Shown here one piece after another: positions 1-8,635 of a stretch of DNA of 64,000 nt. The stretch is from Ignavibacteriales bacterium (GTDB lineage: Bacteria; Bacillota_I; Bacilli_A; RF39; UBA660): NCBI GenBank assembly GCA_050259235.1, contig JBLNAG010000002.1, positions 88,893 to 152,892 on the forward strand. The letters are read 5' to 3'. Position numbers and translations under genes: made by a program. Below the pieces are notes generated by a model, which was given only the letters and a program-made list of their open reading frames with translations, was not told where the DNA came from and did not search any database. Within the stretch, counting starts at the first letter, position 1; each line of letters opens with the position of its first letter.

Positions 1-129
1 CAAAGGTAGAAATGGCATGATTGATTCAAGAACTACGACCAATAAAGCGACTGAAACACCCATTAAAGGATTACTAGTTTGAATTAAACCCTTTAAGTAT
101 TCAATAGTAAGTTCAATTGTTTCTCTCAT
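1..129 (-). CDS. DedA/TVP38-family membrane protein, N-terminal fragment (gene continues beyond window start)
   Basis: Reverse translation from 129 gives MRETIELTIEYLKGLIQTSNPLMGVSVALLVVVLESIMPFLPL. A hydrophobic helix followed by an E...PFLP motif is typical of DedA/SNARE-associated proteins. The ORF runs off the window. Confidence 0.4.
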   Translation of the reverse strand, partial: MRETIELTIEYLKGLIQTSNPLMGVSVALLVVVLESIMPFLPL

Positions 130-201
130 GTTTCACCTTCTATACTAATAACATTATAATACAACCGTTCGCATAATACAATTAAAAAAGTAAGATACAT
201 C

Positions 202-483
202 TTACTTTTCTAAAATCCAGCTTTCATATCCACCTATAATATTAATTGTTCGATATCCCAAACTATTTAATAAATTGCACATTCTTACACTCTTTATACC
301 CTTTTGACAATATATATAATACATTTGGTCTTTTGATAAATACTTACTAGGATTATTAATTAATAAATCGTATGGTATATTCCTAGAATTCGGAATGTGA
401 TTACTGTTATAATTTTCTGCACTTCTTATATCGATTATTGAAATATTGTTTAATTTTAATAATTCTGATATAGAAATATTCAT
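202..483 (-). CDS. single-domain rhodanese-like sulfurtransferase
   Basis: 93 aa. Active-site loop Y-C-Q-K-G-I-K-S with catalytic Cys. Rhodanese-like beta-alpha layout (IIDIRSAENY...HIP.S.NIP). Confidence 0.6.
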   Translation of the reverse strand: MNISISELLKLNNISIIDIRSAENYNSNHIPNSRNIPYDLLINNPSKYLSKDQMYYIYCQKGIKSVRMCNLLNSLGYRTINIIGGYESWILEK

Positions 484-530
484 TTAACCACCCTACGATA
501 TTATATGACGGTCAAATAAAGTGCGTTAAT

Positions 531-2795
531 TTATTCGTCTTCACTAAAGAAGTCATCAAAGAATTGATCATCTGTAACAACAGGTTTATTCTTAGGTGTA
601 TCCGCAATAGGATTCTTTTCCAATTGTGGTTTTTCTTCTTTCTTTTCAACAACCGTTTCTACAACTTTTTCAGTTACAGGTTGAACCTTAATTTCCGGTT
701 CAATTTCCGGCTTAACTTCTTTCTTAATTTCAGGTCTCTTAACAACTTTAAATTCATCTTCAAGCTTTGGAACCACTTTTTCACTCTTCTTTTCTTCCAG
801 AGTTGGAATTGAAGGAATTGTAATAATTTTTGGCTCCTCTTTTGGTTGAACAGGAGTAACAAATCTTGTTTTAGCTTCAGATTCAACTTTTCTCTTTTCA
901 GCTTCACGACGATCTTCTTCCTCTAATTCTGCTATTTTAGCATCAATTCTCTTAACCAAATCATCCATATTCAAGCTACCCATGTCATTATTTTTATGCA
1001 TTGGAGGAATAATATTTTGTGATGATCCAGAACCAGAAGAATGATCACTTAGTGAATTAATTAATCTATTTTCTTTGTCTTTTTTCTTTTCATCAACATA
1101 TTTTTTTAAGTCAAATACTTCTACTGAACTCTTAGTTCTAATAGGATAAATGGACTTGTCATACTTTTTACCCCAAGCATTCATATTTTCCAATTTGAAA
1201 TTTGGAGTCATTTCCGTTTTATAAGGCATCATTCTTGTACGGATAACTACAATTGACCATTTTTTTAATCTTTGTAAATCACTAACTGTAACAAGTGGTG
1301 TAGAAACAGTCTTATCTTTATCTTTAGATTTTTCTTCTCCACACATCTTACTTATTTCTTCTAGGGCTGCAATTTCACTACTTATTAAGTAAATGATATT
1401 ACCACAGTTACCTTTGATGGTTTCTCCATTTTCTTTGCCATATACTTGATATAATTGAGCAAAGTTTTGAATAATGAAAGTAAATCTAATAGCTCTACTA
1501 CGAGCAGCAGTAACCATTGTTGTTACATCTTTAAGTGGTGGCATATTTGCAAACTCATCTAATATGAAATTTGTTCTAAATGGTAATTTTCCACCATTTT
1601 CTTGTGCTACATCAATTAAAGTTTCATAACATTGTTTAATGAAAATTGTTACCAATGAATGGTATGTTTTCTTTTCATCTTGTACAACAATAAAGACTGC
1701 TGTTTTATGTCTACCTATATCTTTCATATCAAAATCACTTCTTGAAAGCATTTCAGATAGATTTTCACGAGAAGAGAATAATTTAATTTTTTGTTTAAAT
1801 ACTGATAAAATACTACTCTTTGTTTCATTTGGCGCCATCAACGTACTAGCAACATTTATGTATGCTGGTGAAGTTTGACTTTTATCACTATAATATTCTT
1901 TCATATATGTGCTATTGCCATATTTTTCTTCACCAACAGTAGTCATTAAATTAATACTATTTAAGTTAATTTCATCTTCCTTAGCATCTTCAAACAAAGC
2001 TAAAGATAATCCTGCAAAATAATCTGCAGATGTCTTTTCCCAGAAAGGATCTTGTCCTTGAGCTGCTTCATCATAAAGAATATTCATTGCTAAGTCATCT
2101 AATAATTCGTTAGCTTTATCAGGGTTTCCTTCCCTATATAATTTATAAGGTAATGATAATGGATTCCATGAATTACCTTTTTGAGGTTCACGGAAATTTA
2201 ACAGTACTATGTTATATCCCTTTTCACGTAATTCATTAGCATTTCTTTCGTATATTTCACCTTTAGGGTCAGTGATAATCATTGATTCTCCCTTTTTAGC
2301 TAATATCTTAACCATTGGTTGAACCATCATTTCAGTTTTACCAGAACCAGTGGCCCCAATAACTAAACTATGATATTCACCGTCATCAACCCATATTTCT
2401 TTACCATTATTGATAAGAGGAATACCTGCAGCATCAGCCTTTTCTTGTGCTGGATATACTCTTCTAAGTTCTTTTTTCATTTCACGGTCAGTTGACCATC
2501 TTGAATATCCTTTTTCTTTTTTTGCACCAGATGCTAAACCAAAGCCTTTTTCTCTTTCGAAGAAGTATGATGATACACTCATCATAATAGCAATTAATGC
2601 AAAGAAGAAGAATACCAAAGTAGGTCCAATATATTCTGATGTGAAGGCAGGAAAAGGATTAAATCCATGCAATAGACCAAATTCTGCAAATGAAGAGATA
2701 TTAAGTATTGCTATGGCTACCATATATAATAATATTATACAGAATATTATAAATATAAGCCAATCTTTAGGTTCTGCTCTAAATTTAAATTTCAT
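531..2795 (-). CDS. type IV secretion coupling protein (VirD4/TraG/TcpA-like T4CP)
   Basis: 754 aa. Two N-terminal TM helices. Walker A GATGSGKT. NFILDEFANMPPL (the LDEFANL signature of VirD4/TraG). About 230 aa of K/E/P-rich low-complexity C-terminal tail ending in acidic FFDDFFSEDE. Confidence 0.8.
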   Translation of the reverse strand: MKFKFRAEPKDWLIFIIFCIILLYMVAIAILNISSFAEFGLLHGFNPFPAFTSEYIGPTLVFFFFALIAIMMSVSSYFFEREKGFGLASGAKKEKGYSRWSTDREMKKELRRVYPAQEKADAAGIPLINNGKEIWVDDGEYHSLVIGATGSGKTEMMVQPMVKILAKKGESMIITDPKGEIYERNANELREKGYNIVLLNFREPQKGNSWNPLSLPYKLYREGNPDKANELLDDLAMNILYDEAAQGQDPFWEKTSADYFAGLSLALFEDAKEDEINLNSINLMTTVGEEKYGNSTYMKEYYSDKSQTSPAYINVASTLMAPNETKSSILSVFKQKIKLFSSRENLSEMLSRSDFDMKDIGRHKTAVFIVVQDEKKTYHSLVTIFIKQCYETLIDVAQENGGKLPFRTNFILDEFANMPPLKDVTTMVTAARSRAIRFTFIIQNFAQLYQVYGKENGETIKGNCGNIIYLISSEIAALEEISKMCGEEKSKDKDKTVSTPLVTVSDLQRLKKWSIVVIRTRMMPYKTEMTPNFKLENMNAWGKKYDKSIYPIRTKSSVEVFDLKKYVDEKKKDKENRLINSLSDHSSGSGSSQNIIPPMHKNNDMGSLNMDDLVKRIDAKIAELEEEDRREAEKRKVESEAKTRFVTPVQPKEEPKIITIPSIPTLEEKKSEKVVPKLEDEFKVVKRPEIKKEVKPEIEPEIKVQPVTEKVVETVVEKKEEKPQLEKNPIADTPKNKPVVTDDQFFDDFFSEDE

Positions 2796-2810
2796 CTTAT
2801 TCCTCCTACA

Positions 2811-3566
2811 TCATATCTTATTACTTATTAAATGTTTTCCCCAAATTAATATGAATATTCCTAAAATAACACCAACAATAACACCTGTTAATATAATTAC
2901 AGTCATGTAATTGCCAATAAAATCTTTAATTATTATATCATATCTTTTATCATTACTATACTTAATATATATATATTCTTGTTTTGAATCTGGAGTTAAC
3001 TTCCAAGTATAAACATTATTCTTTTCATCTTCAATATCGGCATTACTTTCAATTAATTTATTATGTAGCTTAATAGTAATATTTACATCCCCCATTGCTG
3101 ATTGAGTTGGTGAACCAGATTGTAATCCATCACCATTTCCATCATCAGTTGGTTCAGCTCCATAAATGTCATTATAATAATATTCACCTACTGTTTTAAA
3201 AGTTGTAAATTTATTATTTTCAACAACATTTAAATTTTCAAATATACCATTTAAAATTGGAGAATTTGAATAATCTTTTAAATTTTTATACTTCATAGTC
3301 ATTTCAATAAATGAATTATTTTTTCCTACTCCACTATCATATACATAATTTTTATAACTTCTAATAGACTTGTATGATTTAATTCTGTTTTCGAGGAAAA
3401 CATCAATATCATCATTTCCTTGTAATATTATTTTATTTGGAATAGTAACTTTAAGTTTTTCAGTAACCACATTATTTTCATCTATCACTAAGTCATAGTC
3501 AGCACTACAACCACTTAATACTAGAACAAATATGAATAATGTTGCTAATTTAAATAACTTTTTCAT
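2811..3566 (-). CDS. lipoprotein with C-terminal TM anchor, T4SS-associated (function unknown)
   Basis: 251 aa. Signal peptide plus lipobox LSGC. C-terminal hydrophobic helix. 4-bp overlap with the upstream hydrolase gene. Confidence 0.4.
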   Translation of the reverse strand: MKKLFKLATLFIFVLVLSGCSADYDLVIDENNVVTEKLKVTIPNKIILQGNDDIDVFLENRIKSYKSIRSYKNYVYDSGVGKNNSFIEMTMKYKNLKDYSNSPILNGIFENLNVVENNKFTTFKTVGEYYYNDIYGAEPTDDGNGDGLQSGSPTQSAMGDVNITIKLHNKLIESNADIEDEKNNVYTWKLTPDSKQEYIYIKYSNDKRYDIIIKDFIGNYMTVIILTGVIVGVILGIFILIWGKHLISNKI

Positions 3567-5956
3567 TTAGTTACCTCCGTCTTTCGATCAGCATTGTTGT
3601 AGAAATCATCCATTAAAACAATTTTTTCAAATCTATTACTATTACATGCTGTTGGTGTAACTACAACACCATAATCAGCACCTTTAGCTTCAGCAACATA
3701 GTATTTACAATTGCTGACATCTACACCAATAATAATTGCAATATGTTCACTATTCCACATTAAATCTCCGGCTTTAACTTTTGAAATAACACTTGGATCT
3801 GATGCATCTACCTTATCATCAGTCATATTCCCTTGATTAGTAGAACCTTGAGCATTTTCTATAAAGTAACTTGCTTTATATCCACCATTTGTAATAGACC
3901 AAGCAACAAATCCACTACAGTCTAATCCATCTGGCCACGTAGAACCAGAAGGTTGTTTATCGGTACCACTTGAACCAATTTTTCTAGCACAACCCCAGTT
4001 TTCACTGATACCTTCATACCAATACTTACCACCATAGAAATATGGAATTATAACTCCCATATCACTAGATAAATATTTTGCAGCTGCAACTACACCTGCA
4101 CGAGTACCATATCCAGCAGCTGCTACTTTACTCTTTAAAGTGGTTTCTTTGGCAGCGAGTTGTTCAGCAGTATACATATTACAAGTCATTGCACCTGCTA
4201 ATGGATTTACTCCACCTTGTGCAATACCATTTAAAACTGGAGCAGGATCAATCTTTCTTTTTTCCTCATCCCAAATTTCAAAATGTAAATGTGCCCCTGT
4301 AGAATTACCAGTACTTCCTAGTAAACCTATTTGTTCACCAGCACTTACTTTATCTCCTACTTCAACATCTACTCTATTTAAATGGCCATACAAACTATAA
4401 TATTCAAATTTGCCATCTTCATTTATATCATGGGCAATAACAACATGTTTACCATAACCAGCAGTTGGGTTACCACTGATATCTGAGACAGCCGTTTGAA
4501 CAACACCAGTTGCTATTGCACTAACAGGAGTATTCTCACAACCACCCCATGAAAAATCTATTCCTAAGTGATTACAATTAGACTCTCCAGTCCATTCTCC
4601 ATTAACAAAACATTTAGCAGTTCCTAATTGGTACCCCCGTGTGACATAATCTTGCCAATCTTCCCCGGAGCCAATCTGAACTGGTAATGAGGTCATCCCC
4701 CGTATTCGTATGGTTGAATTTCGAGCATCACCCAATAAATACAAGTATGAGTCCCGCATTCCAAAAATAGAATCAACTATATTATCAACTTCTGTTTTTT
4801 GTCTTTGGGAAAGAGCATCATAAAATTGAAAATTAAGTAAATTATAATATTCTGTACTTGCATCTTCTACTTTTAATAAACGATCCTTAAAACGAAGTGG
4901 AATGTATACATTTTTTAGATATTCTATATATCGATCGTAATCAAGATATTTTACAAGCATTGGAATAGCTACCCATTGATAACCTTCTGGAGCTTCTCCC
5001 ATATAAGAACAGTCAAAATTTAATACTGAATTATCAATAATATATTTTATATTTGCAATAAAACTATCTTGTACAGCTTCATATTTAACATTTGATAATT
5101 GTGATTCAATATAACCAGCATTTTCTTCTTTTGCATATGACCATATCGAGGAAGCTAAATTAAGTAAATTGATTGCACCAACAGCATCCTTAGTAGTATC
5201 AGTAAAACCAGTTTCTAATTCCAAAACTATTGAATGCAATAAATCCCCTGCAGTATCTACCAAATCTCCCCATGCACTTGGATTAAATATATTTAATCCA
5301 GATGGAGCCTTCGTACATAACGTATTAAATCGTGTCCCAATTAAATGACCCACTAATTTCTTTTCACCAGGCCATAATGTATAAGCACTGCCTATATTAT
5401 CCAAAGCAACTTTATAAAAATCCCTTGTTTCTTCTTCTTCTACTGCAGCAGGACCTTGACTATTAAGTTCCTTATTACATTTAGATTCATCGTAATCAGG
5501 ATTATCTTTTGAACATTTATTATCTGGTGTATAAATAGTAGTATCAATCATTTTTGAGTAATGGGCTGTTGCAGCTAAAATTGCCACATCAAATTCACCT
5601 TCTGAATAAGGGTATTCATTAAATCTTTGGTATTCATTCTTTAATGCAATGAAATAACTATCTTCATTTGTAAACCAACCATTACCTGTTACTAAATTAA
5701 GCATTTTTTCAGATGTTGTGACAACAAATTCCCCAACACCTGCAAAAAAGGCTTCTATTTTTTCGCCTATATACATAATCGGAAAGATAACAATGCACGC
5801 TACTAGTAATCCTAAAAGTACATTACCAATAACAGGCATAGCTGCTCCCAAGGCCATTATAATCATTCTAATTCTTTTTACTTTTTTAATCTTATCTTGA
5901 ATAGAATTGCCTTTTTTATTATTTCCGCCAAAACCAAACATTGTTATCACCACCAA
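3563..5956 (-). CDS. conjugation-type bifunctional peptidoglycan hydrolase (M23 peptidase + NlpC/P60/CHAP domains)
   Basis: 797 aa. N-terminal TM. M23 motifs HxxxD and GAHLHFEIW. C-terminal Cys-His papain-like region (LDCSGFVAWSI ... SEHIAIIIG). Sits between VirB4 and VirD4 like CwlT/TcpG/Orf14. Confidence 0.7.
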   Translation of the reverse strand: MVVITMFGFGGNNKKGNSIQDKIKKVKRIRMIIMALGAAMPVIGNVLLGLLVACIVIFPIMYIGEKIEAFFAGVGEFVVTTSEKMLNLVTGNGWFTNEDSYFIALKNEYQRFNEYPYSEGEFDVAILAATAHYSKMIDTTIYTPDNKCSKDNPDYDESKCNKELNSQGPAAVEEEETRDFYKVALDNIGSAYTLWPGEKKLVGHLIGTRFNTLCTKAPSGLNIFNPSAWGDLVDTAGDLLHSIVLELETGFTDTTKDAVGAINLLNLASSIWSYAKEENAGYIESQLSNVKYEAVQDSFIANIKYIIDNSVLNFDCSYMGEAPEGYQWVAIPMLVKYLDYDRYIEYLKNVYIPLRFKDRLLKVEDASTEYYNLLNFQFYDALSQRQKTEVDNIVDSIFGMRDSYLYLLGDARNSTIRIRGMTSLPVQIGSGEDWQDYVTRGYQLGTAKCFVNGEWTGESNCNHLGIDFSWGGCENTPVSAIATGVVQTAVSDISGNPTAGYGKHVVIAHDINEDGKFEYYSLYGHLNRVDVEVGDKVSAGEQIGLLGSTGNSTGAHLHFEIWDEEKRKIDPAPVLNGIAQGGVNPLAGAMTCNMYTAEQLAAKETTLKSKVAAAGYGTRAGVVAAAKYLSSDMGVIIPYFYGGKYWYEGISENWGCARKIGSSGTDKQPSGSTWPDGLDCSGFVAWSITNGGYKASYFIENAQGSTNQGNMTDDKVDASDPSVISKVKAGDLMWNSEHIAIIIGVDVSNCKYYVAEAKGADYGVVVTPTACNSNRFEKIVLMDDFYNNADRKTEVTK

Positions 5957-5975
5957 TTACTATACTTTTTTTATT

Positions 5976-7760
5976 TTATAATCCGCCGCCACTACCAAAT
6001 GAATCTAATTCTTGTTCAGTTGCGACAATATTTATACGCATTCTTCTACTTCCGCATACAAATAATGCTTCTCCTTGATTATATTTCTTAATACTTTCTT
6101 TTTCATTATCATTTAAGTCAATTAACTTCGATAAATCTTCAACTGCTTGTTTTTTAAGTCCCATAACAAGGTAGTATGAAGCATTATCAAATATTGCTTT
6201 TCCTTGTGTAATAACCGCAGGATCACTAAAGTCCGTTGGTTGTTGAGTAATTATAATTGTACCTGTATTATATTTTCTAGCACGTCTTTGAACTTGCGCT
6301 AAGAAGTCAGCACCTAATGTATTATTTCCAGACAATAATACGTGCGCTTCATCAATCATAAGTACTGTATTAATAGTCTTATTTAGAGTTAATCCCCATG
6401 CATATTTCAATACGTTAAAGAATAAAGCATTTTTAATATTAGTTTCAGCATTCATTAATTCTTTAATATTGAAAACAATAAATTCACTCTTTGGACTAAT
6501 TGTTGTATGACCATCAAAATAATATTTTAATTCTTTTATAATTGGTCTTACTTTTAACTCTAATTGTTCTAATATATCTTTTTCATGACTCTTTTCTGGC
6601 ATTGATAGAAGTTTACCTCTAATAGTAGCATAAACATCTTTCATTGTTGGATAGTCAGTTGATTTGAATTTAGAAAAATCAGAATCAAAACTTATATTAA
6701 AACGACGATATGTTTCTTGAATTATTTCACTAAAGATATTAATTATATCTTCAGTTGCAGTAGGATCATAATACTTGAAAAATGCTTTGATAGTTTGAAG
6801 AGTTCTTGTAAGAATTGTATAACCTAATCCTTGTTGAAGTTCTTCTTCATCAGCGTCCATAACAACTTCAAGTGGGTTGATCATACCATATTCTCCACCC
6901 TTACCTAAGTCAATGAAGTCACCGCCATACATTTTAGCCATGTCTCCTAATTCACCTTCAGGGTCAATCGCTACAATTTGATAATCATTTCTAATATGGG
7001 TTCTTAACATTAATTTTGCAGCTGTAGATTTACCACTACCAGATGTACCTAATATAATTAGGTTAGCATTATTTCGATTATGTTCCTTCTTAATTTGATA
7101 TAAAAATTGATTGAATAAAATTACCCCTCCAGAGAAATCCACACCTAGAAGTGTTGCTAAACCAGCATCTTTAACACTGTCAAAGATAAATGGATACATA
7201 GCAGCAAGTGTTGGTGCAGGAATAGGAGTTCCTATCCTATCTTCAATATCTTGTTTAGGATAAATAGGTAAAATTGATTTTAATACTTTTTCTTGTTCAA
7301 AACGAAGTGGAAATGCTCTCATTTCCATAGCTTCTAAGTAATTTTTAATTTGCATTTTCTTACTAATTAATTGATCTTGAGAATCTGCAGTAATCATGAT
7401 ATGCATTTGGAAGTCATATATCTTAGATTGACTGCTAGCTAACATTGAAATAAAATATTCCAATGATTCATAATCTTGACGAATTCTTTCTTGAATAGTT
7501 CTATCATTTTCAGTTTGATATCTTTGTTTTAATTCAGCTATTTCCTTATTTAACATTTTACTAATAACACTAAATGGAAGCGGTATATGTTTAATAACCA
7601 CTTTAATTCCTGACATACTAGTTAATGATGCTAAATAACCAGGACTTATTATTTTGGGATAAGAAACGACTGTCAAAATACAAGCGTGTTTATCACTAAT
7701 AATAAAATCTGCTGATCTAAATTCTAACCCCTTTGGGGCAATTTGACTCTTTATATCCAT
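5976..7760 (-). CDS. VirB4-family conjugal transfer ATPase (TcpF/ConE/PrgJ-like)
   Basis: 594 aa. N-terminus IAPKGLEFRSADFIISDKHACILTVVSYPK typical of VirB4/CagE/TrbE. Walker A GTSGSGKST, IDPEGE, Walker B MIDEAHVLL. Confidence 0.8.
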   Translation of the reverse strand: MDIKSQIAPKGLEFRSADFIISDKHACILTVVSYPKIISPGYLASLTSMSGIKVVIKHIPLPFSVISKMLNKEIAELKQRYQTENDRTIQERIRQDYESLEYFISMLASSQSKIYDFQMHIMITADSQDQLISKKMQIKNYLEAMEMRAFPLRFEQEKVLKSILPIYPKQDIEDRIGTPIPAPTLAAMYPFIFDSVKDAGLATLLGVDFSGGVILFNQFLYQIKKEHNRNNANLIILGTSGSGKSTAAKLMLRTHIRNDYQIVAIDPEGELGDMAKMYGGDFIDLGKGGEYGMINPLEVVMDADEEELQQGLGYTILTRTLQTIKAFFKYYDPTATEDIINIFSEIIQETYRRFNISFDSDFSKFKSTDYPTMKDVYATIRGKLLSMPEKSHEKDILEQLELKVRPIIKELKYYFDGHTTISPKSEFIVFNIKELMNAETNIKNALFFNVLKYAWGLTLNKTINTVLMIDEAHVLLSGNNTLGADFLAQVQRRARKYNTGTIIITQQPTDFSDPAVITQGKAIFDNASYYLVMGLKKQAVEDLSKLIDLNDNEKESIKKYNQGEALFVCGSRRMRINIVATEQELDSFGSGGGL

Positions 7761-8317
7761 TAACTCAACACCGTCCCAAAATTAGTAGTTTGTCCACCAT
7801 TCAAGAAATTATCTAATATCATTCTTAAATCATCATTAGTAACTTGATGTGAAGATAATCCAGCACTAGCTAAATTATTAATTAACGTTCTAATTCGTTT
7901 ATTAATAACTTCATTATCTTTTTCTTTAAATAATAAGAAATATTCAGTATCAACAACATTGTTATTCATAAACATGTTAGCTTTATTAATATCTTCCATA
8001 ATTAATTTTCTCTTAGAAGTATTTTGAACATTGTTATATAATAACTCCAATTGTGATAAATACAAATTAATATCAACTGGTCTATCAGCAACCAAAATCC
8101 AAAATTCATAATCAATCATATTGTAGACATTTTTTAAATTACTTATAATGCTACTTTGCATATCTCTTTCCAAGATAAATATATTTCTTGGTAGAATTTT
8201 TACCCCCGTAACTTTTAAATTATTATCAAGAACAATTACACCATTTGTAATACTCTTTATTGGAATATCATCACTAGTATATTTACTTTTGTTGCTCGTT
8301 TTCTCTTTCAATGCCAT
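7760..8317 (-). CDS. T4SS-associated soluble protein of unknown function (N-terminus resembles VirB4 N-domain pattern)
   Basis: 185 aa with no TM. IPIKSITNGVIVLDNNLKVTGVKILPRNIFILERDMQ echoes the VirB4 N-domain pattern. Stop overlaps the VirB4 start by 1 nt. Confidence 0.3.
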   Translation of the reverse strand: MALKEKTSNKSKYTSDDIPIKSITNGVIVLDNNLKVTGVKILPRNIFILERDMQSSIISNLKNVYNMIDYEFWILVADRPVDINLYLSQLELLYNNVQNTSKRKLIMEDINKANMFMNNNVVDTEYFLLFKEKDNEVINKRIRTLINNLASAGLSSHQVTNDDLRMILDNFLNGGQTTNFGTVLS

Positions 8318-8615
8318 CTAGCACACACCAACCTTTCCATACGAATTTTTGCCTTGTCGTAAAAAATGTAAATGCAGACTTTAATAAAACCCTCATATTA
8401 TGATAATTCGGTATTGGTAATACCAAGAATCCTGCGATTAATCCTGGGGCGATTGCTAACAATGCCCAGGTTAAACTTTCAATTGGTAGGATTAACAATA
8501 AAAACATTGTCGCAACCAAACCAATACCAAATATAATTAAATCTTGCCAAGTAAACAATCCAAGTATTAACATTGAACGTTTTGAATTGGCTGGAATTAA
8601 AAATTCATTTTCCAT
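8283..8615 (-). CDS. VirB3-like small membrane protein (PrgI/ConD-type)
   Basis: 110 aa. Two adjacent TM helices after a short N-terminal segment. Positioned immediately upstream of VirB4 as in Gram-positive T4SS. Confidence 0.5.
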   Translation of the reverse strand: MENEFLIPANSKRSMLILGLFTWQDLIIFGIGLVATMFLLLILPIESLTWALLAIAPGLIAGFLVLPIPNYHNMRVLLKSAFTFFTTRQKFVWKGWCVLDGIERENEQQK

Positions 8616-8635
8616 TTTTTATTACACCCCTTCTT

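Noticed and set aside
564-907. Plus-strand ORF 564..812 and minus ORF 674..907 inside the VirD4-like gene
   Set aside because: Both lie within the low-complexity K/E/P-rich 3' region of the 754-aa gene. Their translations are F/L/N- or K/L-rich nonsense typical of shadow ORFs in AT-rich repeats.
4078-4400. Plus-strand ORFs 4078..4302 and 4140..4400 antisense to the hydrolase gene
   Set aside because: No RBS and no motifs. They are fully contained in a strongly supported M23/NlpC-P60 CDS on the other strand.
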